A DNA stretch of 62,102 nt, filler included, from Asterionella formosa (GCA_002256025.1; 17 parts of 17 records of this genome joined end to end with filler, not necessarily neighbours in it); one strand, 5' to 3'; positions 12,526 through 24,987 are shown, counted from the first letter of the whole stretch. Notes: generated by a model from the letters alone, not told the origin. Numbers and translations: made by a program.

Positions 12526-13854
12526 TTACCCTTGGTTTATTCTAGCTATTCTAGCCGCCTTCGGAGACATCTTACCTTTTCGACGAAGTTTGACAGTAGA
12601 AGCATGAAACGATGATTCTGAAATGCGAAATGGGTGAACTCGACCATAAAGATCCATATTTTCTAGAATAAACTCAGCATCCAAGTCGCGGGACTCGCAC
12701 CATCGCGCGAAGTCAGCTGGTTGAGCCAAGTCTCGCGCTGTTCCTAGCGAAGCAGTTCCAGAATCAAGTTTTAGAATTGATTCTTCCGGTGGTAGCGTCC
12801 ATTCATCAATGGCATGCCGATCAACTAATTTGCGGCACCGCTCGACATGTTGCCGCGCAAGTGGTAGAAACGAGGCAGTCAACATTTCCTCCACCGCCAC
12901 ACCCATTGCGACCAACGCAGATGTACTGAATGATTCCGACATGCACGTTTCTGTAACTTTGACCCTTCTTAGAAGAGGTACAGTCACATCTACTGAACGC
13001 GTGGGCTTGACAGATTTAAGGAGTTGGTATGTTTCATCCTCACTATCGTATGCCCATGTTTGCCATTCAAGTCGTTTCAATTTTCTGTGGGTTGTTACCG
13101 CACTTGGTTGCTCAATCTCATGTTCGGATTGAGTCAAAAAAGTTATCTTTTTCCACATGATAACTTCAGTTTTCATCCTTTTTGTCGCTCGTTGCGCTAT
13201 CCAGTCAAGGTGACTTGAAGGCATTGGAGTGTTGGGTAGGTCCAAGTACGGGTTCAGTTCCTTGATTGAAAATTTTCTATCTTGCTCGTCACTCGTTTGG
13301 TGATGTGCCCAACCAACTGCAGAACTGATTGCTGACACAGACATTGCATTGAATATAGGTTCGTCTGCCCACCATGTTGCCCTTCCTAGCTGAAGCCAAT
13401 CAATACTTCTCGAATCCGGATCGATGCTGTCATCCTTGTCCAGTTCGTCGTCCGAGGAAGATTCTAGTCCGGTAGTTTCATGCCCTGCTAGTTTTAAAAT
13501 CTCTCTAGCATCTCGGTGTCTAAGTCGAACCTCTTTGATAAGATGCTGTCCATTAGAGGCGAGCTGTCGTCGGTATTTCATCTCAGAATCAACCTTCTTG
13601 ACGGACTTGACAAACACCCGACCGAGGTTCGGCTTGGAACCAGAGCGTGGGACTCCAGGATAAACGAATCCATCGGACGCTTCCTTGATATATTCCTGAA
13701 GAGGCCTTAGCGGGGGGCGTGGTGGTGCTGAGTCCGTTGAACTAGTACTTGATGCGCTCGACTTCGGTTGGGAACCATGCCAGTCCGGTTCGTCCGATGA
13801 TGAAGCATAGGAAGCCGAGGACGAAGAGATGTCACTGCCGTCATCGCCGTTCAT
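12526..13854 (-). CDS. Hypothetical protein (442 aa)
   Basis: Long uninterrupted ATG-initiated ORF with an acidic/Ser-rich N-terminus and basic C-terminus. No family recognised. Confidence 0.65.
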   Translation of the reverse strand: MNGDDGSDISSSSASYASSSDEPDWHGSQPKSSASSTSSTDSAPPRPPLRPLQEYIKEASDGFVYPGVPRSGSKPNLGRVFVKSVKKVDSEMKYRRQLASNGQHLIKEVRLRHRDAREILKLAGHETTGLESSSDDELDKDDSIDPDSRSIDWLQLGRATWWADEPIFNAMSVSAISSAVGWAHHQTSDEQDRKFSIKELNPYLDLPNTPMPSSHLDWIAQRATKRMKTEVIMWKKITFLTQSEHEIEQPSAVTTHRKLKRLEWQTWAYDSEDETYQLLKSVKPTRSVDVTVPLLRRVKVTETCMSESFSTSALVAMGVAVEEMLTASFLPLARQHVERCRKLVDRHAIDEWTLPPEESILKLDSGTASLGTARDLAQPADFARWCESRDLDAEFILENMDLYGRVHPFRISESSFHASTVKLRRKGKMSPKAARIARINQG

Positions 13855-14673
13855 CAGGCCTTATGTATGATGCATGCCAGGGACAAGCGCAGTCGTTGCT
13901 TGTAGTAATAATGGCAGTGGAGGTGATGCGATCTATAGGCGACATTTGGATGGTCCAGTTTGGAGTCCATCATGCATCCCTGCAAGTTGCGGTAATTTTG
14001 ATACCCGTAGATCTATTTCCACGTATTTCATACGAATTCGTGCCGGTAATACTCTATTCCAATTCCAAAAATTCATTCAGGTGTCTCTTCTTGACTCCAT
14101 TTAATTTACCAACCCAGCCAGCTTGTTGTTCCAACATGTAACAATATATCAAAATATAGTCCATTGACATTTCCAAAATGACTCTTTAGTTTATGATTAC
14201 TGATCCAGTTGGTGACTACTACCAGTGCATACAACTAGAAATATGCTGACAACAACTAGATCTTGCTGTCAACAATCAGAAATTGCTGACAACCATGACT
14301 AGAAGTTACTGATTGATGAATTCCATTAGTAACAAGCAAACCGTCTTCCAGTTGCTGAATACCATTACTACTAGAAGTGGGTGAACACAATTTCGATGAT
14401 CAGGTGATTCCATTTGAAATATTTAAATCAGTGGAAAATTGTGCATATCTACATAGATTCCTTTTCGAATTTGCTAGATAAATTGTATATAAATAGAAAA
14501 TTCATCACTTGATGAATATATATCCTGTAATACAATCAACATATATGTGTTAGACCATACAAGCTAGCAGCNNNNNNNNNNNNNNNNNNNNNNNNNNNNN
14601 NNNNNNNNNNNNNNNTTAATTAATTAANNNNNNNNNNNNNNNNNNNNNNNNNNNNNNNNNNNNNNNNNNNNCT

Positions 14674-15480
14674 TTCACTTGTGGTATCGTCATCTACTTT
14701 GTCACAGATGACGCTCCCAAAGGAAACTACACAGAGTTGAAGAAGAATGGTCTTATGCAACCGGTTTCGGCCGCTGCATCCTTCCGATCTGGTGCCCTGA
14801 ACTTGAACACTTGGATTATGTTCATTCACTATGGCTGCTGCTTTGGTGTTGAGTTGACCATGAACAACGGCGCCGCCCTTTATTTCAAGGACAAGTTTGG
14901 TCAGAGTACAGAGTCTGCCGCTGCCCTTGCCTCTATCTTTGGCTGGATGAATCTTTTCGCCCGTGGTCTAGGAGGTTTTTTGTCTGACAAGTTTAACGCG
15001 CGAATGGGTATGAGAGGACGTATTTTGATCCACACTTATATGCTACTGGCTGAGGGAGGTCTTGTGTTGATCTTTGCACATACGAATACGCTCGGTGGCG
15101 CCATTGCCGTCATGATCGTTTTTGGCATCCATTGCGATGCTGCTTGTGGAACCTCTTATGGTATTGTCCCATACGTTGACCCAGCTTCTACTGGAGCCGT
15201 TTCTGGTATTGTTGGTGCAGGAGGTAACTGCGGTGCCGTTGGCTTCGGACTTGCCTTTCGCAATCGAGGCTGGAAGCAGGCGTTTATTATCATGGGCGCC
15301 ACAGTGATGGGATCTACCATCCTCAGCTGCTTCATATTTATCAAAGGCTGTTCATCGCTCCTTTTCGGCGGAGAAGATACTATTGGCCAGAAGGCCGTCG
15401 CTCTTGAAGTTCCTGGACCTGAGACGTTTACCAAGGGGAAGGAGGCCGATGAGGATGATAATGTTGAGGTTGACGCTTAA
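14674..15480 (+). CDS. NRT2: High-affinity nitrate transporter NRT2 (MFS NNP family), C-terminal half
   Basis: DDAPKGNY, YGCCFGVELTMNN, FGWMNLFARGLGG, SYGIVPYVDP and SGIVGAGGN motifs. The frame is open from the contig edge. Confidence 0.92.
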   Translation, partial: FTCGIVIYFVTDDAPKGNYTELKKNGLMQPVSAAASFRSGALNLNTWIMFIHYGCCFGVELTMNNGAALYFKDKFGQSTESAAALASIFGWMNLFARGLGGFLSDKFNARMGMRGRILIHTYMLLAEGGLVLIFAHTNTLGGAIAVMIVFGIHCDAACGTSYGIVPYVDPASTGAVSGIVGAGGNCGAVGFGLAFRNRGWKQAFIIMGATVMGSTILSCFIFIKGCSSLLFGGEDTIGQKAVALEVPGPETFTKGKEADEDDNVEVDA

Positions 15481-16653
15481 GTGCCTATTCTGCTCTCCAA
15501 AATTCCCTTGGCACCATTGTGGTGCCCCTCCGATTTGCGTTTGCAGTTTTTTTACCATTGGATTGGTTGCAACGAAAACCGGTCTTCCTACATGCTTATA
15601 TTGACAACATTATGAAATAGTCAATTTTGGTTTGGTTATCTATACTAACGTCTAATTTTGGGAACAGCATACCTGTACACTCAAATATTCAAATAGAGAG
15701 ACTTGTAAGACGGCAGTAATTGTAGTGACCTCATTGGAACTAGGCAGGGCATCGACTAATTTCGATTCATGGTTGTACGTAGTCGCATTCCGGTAGACTC
15801 TCGGAATTATCTCTCAACATACATACCGGTAAGAATGTGTCAAGAATTTTGATTTGTATAGTCACTGACCATGATATCAATATTGCTGCCAAGCAATTAT
15901 TTTCTTGTACTAATGCGCTGTGCTACCTTTCTAATCAGAGTTCATATCACATGATACATATCAATATTCAGCTAGGGAGATTCGATAGTGGAGCAGCCTG
16001 GCAATCAAGCTTGCTCAGAATGGAATGATTGGAGTTGTTTGGTGGGAGGAACAACTGTGGGCGGAAGGACTTGTGTCAGGCTATGGCTGTGTTCATGGTT
16101 GCAGCAACCAGATTATCTACACTATATAACAATGCAAATCTCAATTGGGTTCAGCTTTTTCTTCTTTTCAGTATTATTTCGCTCTTCTGTTCTGTCATGG
16201 AAAAAATTCAATGTTTCCTGTGTAAGTACTACAATTTAATTTCTCATTTGATGCTACTTATTATATTGCATATCAAACTTTGGTTGCTCCAAACATCATG
16301 TTCAATTTTCATTGATATTGTATGTTGCAGTAATTCTCATGTGTTTGACACTTGTTTTACCATTTCTATGAATATTACCGTTATTCTGGCTGTCATGCTA
16401 AAATATGCCATTTTAGTGCAAAAAAATTCGAATTGCCCCTAATTAAAAATTGCTTCTGAAATTATTTAGAGCTGAAAAATTGCTTAGAAGTAACCGAGTG
16501 GCAAGTTGATTGCTGGTGGAGCGGGAATCGCTTTAGTACGAGTTTTTAAATTTTATTTTCTCTCACCTACATACTGTGCGTATCTGATTCTGAATGATAA
16601 CACGCATTCCATGATATGTGTAACAATTGATATACCGGTATTAGGACTATTTA

Positions 16654-16845
16654 TTATCATTTTGGATAGGGCATCATATTATTTGACAAAGTATCATGCA
16701 ATGGCTACTCAATTTAAACGAAAATTATTCATTCTCCACAATAGAGCCCCCGTTCTTATCATTTTGGAAAGGGGATCATATTTTTTGGAAAAGTATCACG
16801 CAATGGCAATTACTTGATTTATACTGAAAATATTAATTCTCCACA
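16654..16845. repeat. Two imperfect direct copies, period about 102 bp
   Basis: ttatcattttgga...gcaatggc...attctccaca at 16654-16740 and 16756-16845. Confidence 0.7.
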
Positions 16846-18339
16846 TTAAAAAAATCGTGTCACCCAAAAGTGTCACGAAAATTCAATGGTTACGGGCTGG
16901 CTACAAACATGTGCTGCTTGTCACTCCAGACCATTTTGATAATTATCCAGTACTCAAACCATGTAGGAAATCTACGCATATGTGGACAAGTATAGAATCT
17001 ATGCATAGTGGAAAGTACTGGTACTTTAATCTATCTACATCAATCTACTTGCACATAGTATATGTAAACACATAGAATTTATGCATCAAGCAATCTGTTA
17101 AATTCTTGATTGGCGATGTAACATGCTCTGGCATAAGTTGAAACACATATGCAAGAACCGTCAGGTTGTTATGCACAAGAACTTTTAGGTTGCGTATGCA
17201 CTCGCCTGAATTCACCAGTATCACTGATAATGTCTTTGGAGGGAGTCAAAAATGGTATCATTTTTGTATCAATAATACTGCATTGATACCATTTTCTTTC
17301 CATTGCCAAGGCCTTTGCCTACTGCACCGGATAATAAATCATGACTCACATTTTTTCCGAAAACCGTTGTTGGCCATTCCTTGCCACATCGGAAACTTGT
17401 GTTTTTCGGGTTTTGATTTCCCGAAACTCAAAATATTTTAAGTCACATCCGAAAATCGTCGATTTCTTTGGAAACTTTAGTCACATTCGAGAAATTGATT
17501 TCACACCCAAAGCACTAGATAGAATAACATTAATAATAGATTTTGACTAGACCAACTCTTCATCTATACATAAAAACCAGTACGATTGCAATCAACAGTC
17601 ACTCACTCATCTGCCATGGCCTGCTTGTCCTCCTTGCAGTCCTCCCAGAGGGATTCTATTGATTGTCCTTGGCAAGATATTGTCTACAATGCCATAGTCA
17701 ATGAGGCAGCCATTGAACTTGATTGCTGAGGATAACTCAAAAGATGAAGAAAAGACATTGGCACTGAAGAAACAAGCATCAGGACCTCCAAGAAGTAAGT
17801 GATGACCAGCAGACTGGTTATTGTTGCACATCTTTGTCCACCAGATCTCACTCAATTGTCCATTATTCATACCCCTTCTTTCTCACAAAAGCAGCAATAG
17901 CAAGCAATGATAATAATGATACAAGGAATGGGTTAATTTGCAAGAAAACTGGCGAAATGTTTTGAACGGTCCTGTAAAACTGATATTTATCATCAGTAAT
18001 GTATGTATGTCGTATGTAACTCAACGAAAAGGCGCGCCAAAAATATTGGAACGAAACGAGGACGAGCTGTTGGGGCAAAATATTATCACTCTTCAATAAT
18101 TTGTATCGGTAAGACACAAAAAGATAACTTCCCTTTCTTCCCTTGACTGTATTGCTTATCACATGAGCGAGCCAATTGATCTTGGCCTGGACTCTGACGA
18201 GGATCACCCTCGTCGATTAATCGCCCTGCCCGGAGACGANNNNNNNNNNNNNNNNNNNNNNNNNNNNNNNNNNNNNNNNNNNNTTAATTAATTAANNNNN
18301 NNNNNNNNNNNNNNNNNNNNNNNNNNNNNNNNNNNNNNN

Positions 18340-18555
18340 GATGTACTGGAGTACACCTGCTGATAGCGGAGGGATGATCGATTTAAAGGAGTTAGGATGT
18401 GATGCGCTTACACTGATTTTTCCGGGAGCTGCTCTGCTTTCGCAAACTTTGGCTACGTCGACTTCGTTGGAAACTGTCGTTGCTGCGTCCTTTAATTTCA
18501 CATTCCCTTCTTGCTTTTTTCTGTCTCTCGCCTTCATTGTCTTCGCATTCACCAT
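18340..18555 (-). CDS. Possible 5' end of a gene running off the contig
   Basis: ATG-initiated frame MVNAKTMKARDRKK... is open to the contig edge. No domain recognised. Confidence 0.25.
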
Positions 18556-20266
18556 TCTTAACGAATTATTTTCACTTGTTGTTGATCAATTGGTTGAACA
18601 GGTGAGAAGAGTACAGTCAACTGGAAGCAGAATATGTAATTATCAATACTGTCGTCGTGATGGTGGGCGCATCGACTGAAACCATTATTGCTATCAATTG
18701 TTTTCTATATTCGGCTCAAGAGATACCCAGGTACCAGGTAGCTAAAGAGGATGGAACCACTATACCGGTAACTATTTTTTTAATATGTATATCGGAAATA
18801 CATACCGGCATGTAAATGTAGTCTGGAATTGGGTGGACGGCGATAGCCTACCGGTATAAAACCAACGCAAGTCTGTCCACGTTCAGTACAATTACCCGGT
18901 TGCTAAACTGTAGACGTACCCCTAAATAGGCAGTTGAAGTTGGTACTACACATGCGTCGGGACCAGGTTCCAGGAATAGGAAGCCCACGTAGCTATTAGT
19001 CCAACCACTCATGAATTATGTACCAGTAGTTCATCACTTTCCATCACACCTGACTGTTTTGCACTTGAGCTTATCAATAATTTTTCGACTTTTCGAATGA
19101 CAATTATTTCAACATAGTAGGCAGTGTTGAAATGCACCCAAGGCAAAAAATATAATATTGCTTTTGGGATGAGAGTCACAAGGGAATTTCTAGGGAAGCC
19201 TCTTCCAGACCCTTGGTTGTCTACCATATCCACAATGCCACAATGGAGCAAGGCGAAGCAAAGCTCCATTGCTGCAATCCTTGCTCCTCACAAGTCTGAT
19301 GCTATCCACCATTAAAAGCTAGCTATGCAGTAAAGTACCAGCTGGCATGCTCAGTACTTTTTCAGGAAATTTTCCCGCCTTTCTCACAAGATTAGGTATC
19401 CTCCATCACCTCTCCTCCGCTACATCAAGGTAGGTGTCACCATTCACATTTGTTGGGGATCTCTACTACATTTATCGCAAAGTGGCGTTATGCATTCTAT
19501 GATTCTATCCCTGTATTTTACATTTAAGGCGCCATAAAAATGAAGTTATTTAATATCATATTTGTAGGATCAGTGTATCACACACTACTAAGTGGCACAG
19601 GTTTTTCAGCATCTGATACTTTTGCTATAATTTGTATGATCACATGATCATACTTAAAATGGTAATAGGATCACACTCAGCATACCACTGGTTTCTGTTA
19701 TTTGTCAGAAACGATTCTAATGCATGAAATAAGCATTGTAATTATTGCAACATCTTCTAGTTTGAATTAGGGCCAGTGATTTTATGATAAAATTCATCTG
19801 CTATTTACAATTTTATCACAAAATGAACATACAATATTTATAAATTGCTCAGAAACTTTTCTTATCAATATCATCAGCAAACCTTAGTATTAGGGGCTGA
19901 GACCAACAACAAGACGAGAAACGCAACATGTAAGCATTATGGTGATCGTCAATTCGCTTATGTGAAACTCGGTCTACTTGGTCATGCGCTTATAGGAGAA
20001 TATTTTCAAGGAACCTTGCCAATAGTTTATGAAATACAACCAGTATGATATGCTAGATAAAGCAAACCGGTATGAATAACACAACGAAGCAAAATTACCG
20101 CAACTTGCAGGTACCGAATCAGCTTAATGCATTTATATTATGGATAAGGACGGACGTGATGTGGTCATACCAAATATCCATGTGAAGCAAATCGAAGGAG
20201 TCCGGACTGAGAAATTGAGATACCGACAATACAACTATTAAGTGCTAGCTACCACCGTTGCCAGGT

Positions 20267-20496
20267 TCCTGGTGAGCGTTGTTAGACTTCGTGCTAACAT
20301 AATCAGGTCCCGTTAGGGGCCTCACGCAAGTGAGGCATTTGATGGGGTCCCACACACCTCCACAGTCCAACGCCCCGATGGATAGGGCAGACCGCGTACT
20401 GGTCAAGACTGGGGCTGCCCACAGGTTTTTAGTGAGTGAAAGTCTCACACTAACTCGCCCAGGTGGAGGGGCGGGGTGCCTTGCTGGACACCAGGA
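20267..20496 (+). ncRNA. Structured RNA-like dispersed repeat, homologous to 50640-50878
   Basis: Shared blocks with compensatory changes, GNRA loops and a closing helix tcctggtg/caccagga. Confidence 0.55.
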
Positions 20497-20759
20497 CATC
20501 AAATCAACCACAACAGGGCAGCTACTTCTGCAAATTAAAAGAATCATTTATATCGATCAAGGGTATGGTAAACTTAGTGGCACAGCCCATGATTTTTCTG
20601 TATATAATGATAATTTTACTGCTATTTCTATATAGAACATATAGATTATGGTTTGACCCAAATATATTCCTGAAAAAAAGTACCATAATATTTTAGAAAA
20701 GTAAAAAATGCGTCACTTTAGACAACATAAATTCGAAAAAGTGCCGTAAACAGCGTCTT

Positions 20760-20872
20760 AGATTTAGTTGAACAACCTCGAGATAAATAGTTGAACAACC
20801 TTCAGATTAATTCTTGAATGACCTTCAGATAAATAGTTGAACGAACTTCTGATGATTAGTTGAATGAACTTC
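20760..20872. repeat. Minisatellite, about 5 x 23 bp (agataaatagttgaacaaccttc)
   Basis: Units start at about 20760, 20781, 20804, 20827 and 20850, with no spacers. Confidence 0.8.
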
Positions 20873-21018
20873 TTCGGAAAAAATGAGGCTTAGATGTGCA
20901 ACCAGACTATGATGACTAATACAAAGGGGAATGGTCTAGCTTACCTCATGAGGTGGCGGGTTCCTGCATTCTCCATCTGTCGTCCTTTTATGTTGTCCCT
21001 GGGTTCTGGTGTGTGAGG

Positions 21019-21137
21019 CTGACAAAGAGACAGGTTCCGTTGTACCATACAGATGAATAAAACTGATACTAATTGTTTCCATTCAAGTGGGCACAAGCGT
21101 GATTATTGATAGCTTTAATGTACTATAAAATTTAATT
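21019..21137 (+). repeat. Dispersed repeat of about 120 bp, copy 1
   Basis: Aligns with 34923-35048 (ctgac.aagagacagg...gtactataaaatt). Confidence 0.8.
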
Positions 21138-22007
21138 GACTTTTATGATGACTAAAAAAGGGTACTACTCCTATGTGAACAAAAAGAAAATTAGTACCAT
21201 GGATGCTCACATCCCCCTGTACCATTAGTGGACATGCACAATACAAGCTTGAATAAGAAGCTAAGATGAATTGACATGACACTATTTGGTCAAGGTTTCT
21301 TCGTAGATCCAAGCAAACACAGGTCAATCATTGATCAAGGGATACATGAAGTGGCTAGCAACAGGAATTGGGACAACATAAATAAGACCACACATTGTTT
21401 AACCCAGACTTCCTTTGAAGAAATGACCACCACCAAGCAACGCATCCATTGCCCCACTTTACAGGGGCCATGGATTGCAATGCAGACGATTCTAGAAATA
21501 ATCTATTTTTAATGCGCTAAAGGAATGATAACTAATATCCATTTTATCCTTTACTTACCATGAATCATAAGAGTTTTGACGATCTCTAGATAAGTAAAAT
21601 ATCTAGATCAAATTCTGTTTGCTAAATACATTTGTACAACGCAAAGTAACATAATTCATGTTCGATAAAATTTTAAAAGATATGGTCCATTATTAGTGAT
21701 ATACAGCTCTGAAAGTCCATCATCAGTCACAAGAACATCAAACACGCCGCGAAAACGCAACAACAGCCAGAAAAAATCAAATACTTTTGTGTTCAACGAC
21801 GAGCAATACATGTTACTACAGTGTATGCAACAGCAACGATCGAATACACAACGCACAATATCTAGGAGCAGAGTAGCACTACAAAACAGGCTGCAGCTTT
21901 AACGCTCNNNNNNNNNNNNNNNNNNNNNNNNNNNNNNNNNNNNNNNNNNNNTTAATTAATTAANNNNNNNNNNNNNNNNNNNNNNNNNNNNNNNNNNNNN
22001 NNNNNNN

Positions 22008-22245
22008 TGAACGATGATGGCCACGTTGGCGGGGAGACTGGATTTCTGCGATTACTGAATGCAGAATCCTTTGCCGAACTCCAAAGCTTTGCCTTTCAAG
22101 TTTCAAGGGCAATGCGTTTTCTTTAAATTTCCAATTGCTTGACGGAAATATGGATGATTTGTCCCAACATGCGTCCAAACCGGTTAGAGAAAGAAAGTGG
22201 CTGATTAACTTGTGGGTGTGGGATCAGAACTATCAATCTTTCTGA
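22008..22245 (+). pseudogene. Frameshifted C-terminal fragment of a prolyl-4-hydroxylase-like 2OG-Fe(II) oxygenase
   Basis: NDDGHVGGETGF, then in another frame DGNMDDLSQHASKPVRERKWLINLWVWD. Confidence 0.6.
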
Positions 22246-22536
22246 GAACAATTTCCTGAAGGTATCGTTTTGTACATAGACCTTGATAAAGAAGAACTTA
22301 GAGACCATCTAGATTATCAACAAAGTAAGTTCACAGCTATTCTACACACGTGTTGCTTTAGATTTTCAGTCGAAATGTCATTACTAGTTCTTGTGAAGAG
22401 ATCTGAACTTCCCCATGAAGGAGCAAAATTAGCTTGAAATATTATATGTTTTAAATTTTTAATAGGTTGACTTATTAAATCCAAGTTGATACGTAATATA
22501 GAAGCTGAACTTCACACCGGAGGGTGGTGGCTGATC

Positions 22537-24987
22537 TCACTTTGTTGAAGAAAGGAGGGATGGGACATCCTGAATGTCTTCCAAATATATATCCAAGACG
22601 CTTTCATCCGCCTCGTCGCTCACATCAAGCTTCGAGTCAGGAGGAATATCTTCATCGTCGTCGTCCATTGCAGGAGGACCCTCTTCACGGACAACACCAT
22701 CTTCCAAGTCATCAGAATCAGACAATTCTTTTCCAGCAAGATACTCTGTCTCGCCTTTCCTTGCGACGACTGGTGGGCCCTCGTTGTAGGCGTGTTCCCA
22801 TGCTGCAATTGTGTCTGTGCGGAGGTCATTTAACTCAGAATCTGCACCTTGTCTACGAATGTAGATTTCAACAAAGATATCAAATTGACCAGTCTTTGAG
22901 ATAACGGGCTTGCAGACAAGAAAAACGAAAGCAAAACACAATACAATCCCAATCAAGATGCTAATGGGATTGGGCCACACATCGTAACCGACCGGCAACG
23001 TTCCAATCAAAACAGAGATGATAATAATATACACAGCATAAGGAGTTTGCGTGACCACGTGCTGAAAAAGGGAGCAATCTGAAGCCAATGCTGACAATAC
23101 CGTTGTATCGGAAATTGGCGAGATGTGATCACCAGCAACTGATCCACTCAAGACACCAGCAGTGGTTGAGTAAAAAATAAGCGCATCACCATTAGACGCA
23201 ATCCATGTGGGGACTAACAGAAGGGGGAATACCACACTCATTGTTCCCCAAGAAGTCCCAGTTGCCAAGGCCATGAAAAATGAAATGATAAACGAAAGGG
23301 ATGGCAAAAACTGGTATGGAAGACCAGAGTCGACAATCCAAGAGGAGAAAAGTCTGTCTGTTCCGACAGCTGTCATGATGGATCCACTTGCCCAAGCCAA
23401 GGTTAAAACTATCAAAGCAGGGAAGATGCGTGCCATACCGATCAAGAAGGAATGCACACCTTCATACACAGTCATGAGCGGAATAGCTGGCTCCTCATGG
23501 TCCTCATAATAGGCGCTGCCCCGAAAGAAACTCTGGAGGTAGTCCCAGACGACACTTGGATAAGGGAGGACAAGCTCTCCATCCTTTTTGAACTGAATCA
23601 TGTAGAAAAGGTACGCGATCAAGGCAGCGCCCATAGTTCCCCAAAGCAGAGATGAGTACGAGTCAGCCTGTTGAAGCTTTTGGATGAAAGATAGTTGGCC
23701 AGTTCCATCATCACCAGATTGAACCAAAATCCATAGGATGAGGAAAACAAGGATACTAATGGGAAAGAGCATGTTCCACCATTTTTGAGGAGTTCCTTCG
23801 TGGGGTGCGTTATGGTCTGAACCAATTGATCCACCTGGTCCACGCCCGTCGCCCCCGTCTGTCCGTTTGTATACTTGAGTTCTGCGCTCGGCAATCAACA
23901 ATGGTCCAAAGTCACGCTGCAGCACGATGGTAGCTGCCAGCAGAAAGAGCATGAAGATTGGATAGTAACGATACTTGATAGACTGAAGGAATACACCCAA
24001 ACCGGAGTCGCCAATTGAAAGGTCCGTTGTACCCTCAAGAAGGACGATACGGTCTATTTCAGTTTGAATGAGACCAACCTCAAAACCTACCCATGAAGAG
24101 ACAGGAGTAATCGATGCAATGGGGGCGGCCGTCGCATCGCAAATAAATGCAAGCTTTTCACGAGACGTGTAGACAAGGTCGAGGAGGGGTGACATGGATT
24201 GACCAACAAGCAAAGCACTGGCGTAATCGTCGAAGAAGATCATCAGTCCACAGCAGAAAGCAGCAAACTGACCAGTTCTAGGACTCTTGGCAAATCTTGA
24301 GACTTCCTTGGTAAAACCATGCATCCCTCCGCTTTTCTCCATCATGGCGACTGTACCGGAGAGGAAGAGAGTGAAGAGATAGACATAACCGTGTTCGATC
24401 GAGGACACTGCTTCGAGAATGTAGACGCTAAGCGATTCTTTGAAGCCACCTATAACAGATCCCGCCACCATGCATGCTCCGACACCGACGGAACAACCAA
24501 GTGACAACTCAACCTGATGGGTATACAATGCAAGGAGAAGAACAACAAGAAGTGGAATCAACGATGCAGCGGCTGCAAACGCTTGGTAGTGGTTTTCCGT
24601 TTCGATAGGATCCTCGTCGACAGACAGTACGACGTTAATGGTGTGAGTTCCACTAGTGCTGACCGATACGTTTCCTACCTCCACAGATGTGGGAAGTTCA
24701 CGGCCAACACCAGCAAGGTCGAAGGATCCTTCGGCTTGAAGTATCCCGTCCACGTATGTCTTATAAAGAATGCTGTCTGTACTGTTGGCAATCGTATCTT
24801 TTTCACCCCATTGGATTCCAATGACGCTCACTGTAACAAACTCGTTCTTGAAGAGGGTAAGAAGCCCCCGGATTCCAGACTTGACGTCAACCAGAAACAA
24901 GCCCTCCGTGCTGGTTATATTGTAATCGAACGCGACGGAAAACTGCACGCCGACCAAGAACAGGATAGCGCTCAGAGCCTTGATCAT
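22537..24987 (-). CDS. NhaC-family Na+/H+ antiporter-like membrane protein (816 aa) with signal peptide
   Basis: IFFDDYAS, SREKLAFICDATAAP, ATGTSWGT and GDHISPISDTTVLS motifs. Many TM segments and an acidic tail. Confidence 0.88.
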   Translation of the reverse strand: MIKALSAILFLVGVQFSVAFDYNITSTEGLFLVDVKSGIRGLLTLFKNEFVTVSVIGIQWGEKDTIANSTDSILYKTYVDGILQAEGSFDLAGVGRELPTSVEVGNVSVSTSGTHTINVVLSVDEDPIETENHYQAFAAAASLIPLLVVLLLALYTHQVELSLGCSVGVGACMVAGSVIGGFKESLSVYILEAVSSIEHGYVYLFTLFLSGTVAMMEKSGGMHGFTKEVSRFAKSPRTGQFAAFCCGLMIFFDDYASALLVGQSMSPLLDLVYTSREKLAFICDATAAPIASITPVSSWVGFEVGLIQTEIDRIVLLEGTTDLSIGDSGLGVFLQSIKYRYYPIFMLFLLAATIVLQRDFGPLLIAERRTQVYKRTDGGDGRGPGGSIGSDHNAPHEGTPQKWWNMLFPISILVFLILWILVQSGDDGTGQLSFIQKLQQADSYSSLLWGTMGAALIAYLFYMIQFKKDGELVLPYPSVVWDYLQSFFRGSAYYEDHEEPAIPLMTVYEGVHSFLIGMARIFPALIVLTLAWASGSIMTAVGTDRLFSSWIVDSGLPYQFLPSLSFIISFFMALATGTSWGTMSVVFPLLLVPTWIASNGDALIFYSTTAGVLSGSVAGDHISPISDTTVLSALASDCSLFQHVVTQTPYAVYIIIISVLIGTLPVGYDVWPNPISILIGIVLCFAFVFLVCKPVISKTGQFDIFVEIYIRRQGADSELNDLRTDTIAAWEHAYNEGPPVVARKGETEYLAGKELSDSDDLEDGVVREEGPPAMDDDDEDIPPDSKLDVSDEADESVLDIYLEDIQDVPSLLSSTK

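Noticed and set aside
14230..14320. Degenerate ~20-bp repeats (actaga...tgctgacaac)
   Set aside because: Too diverged and short to assign a unit or function.
20425..20475. Group II intron domain V or twister ribozyme resemblance
   Set aside because: No AGC/CGC triad with a lower DV stem, and no twister P4 loop with T1/T2 pairings. Kept only as an unknown fold.
20760..20872. CRISPR-like array
   Set aside because: Degenerate head-to-tail units with no unique spacers, no cas genes and a eukaryotic context.
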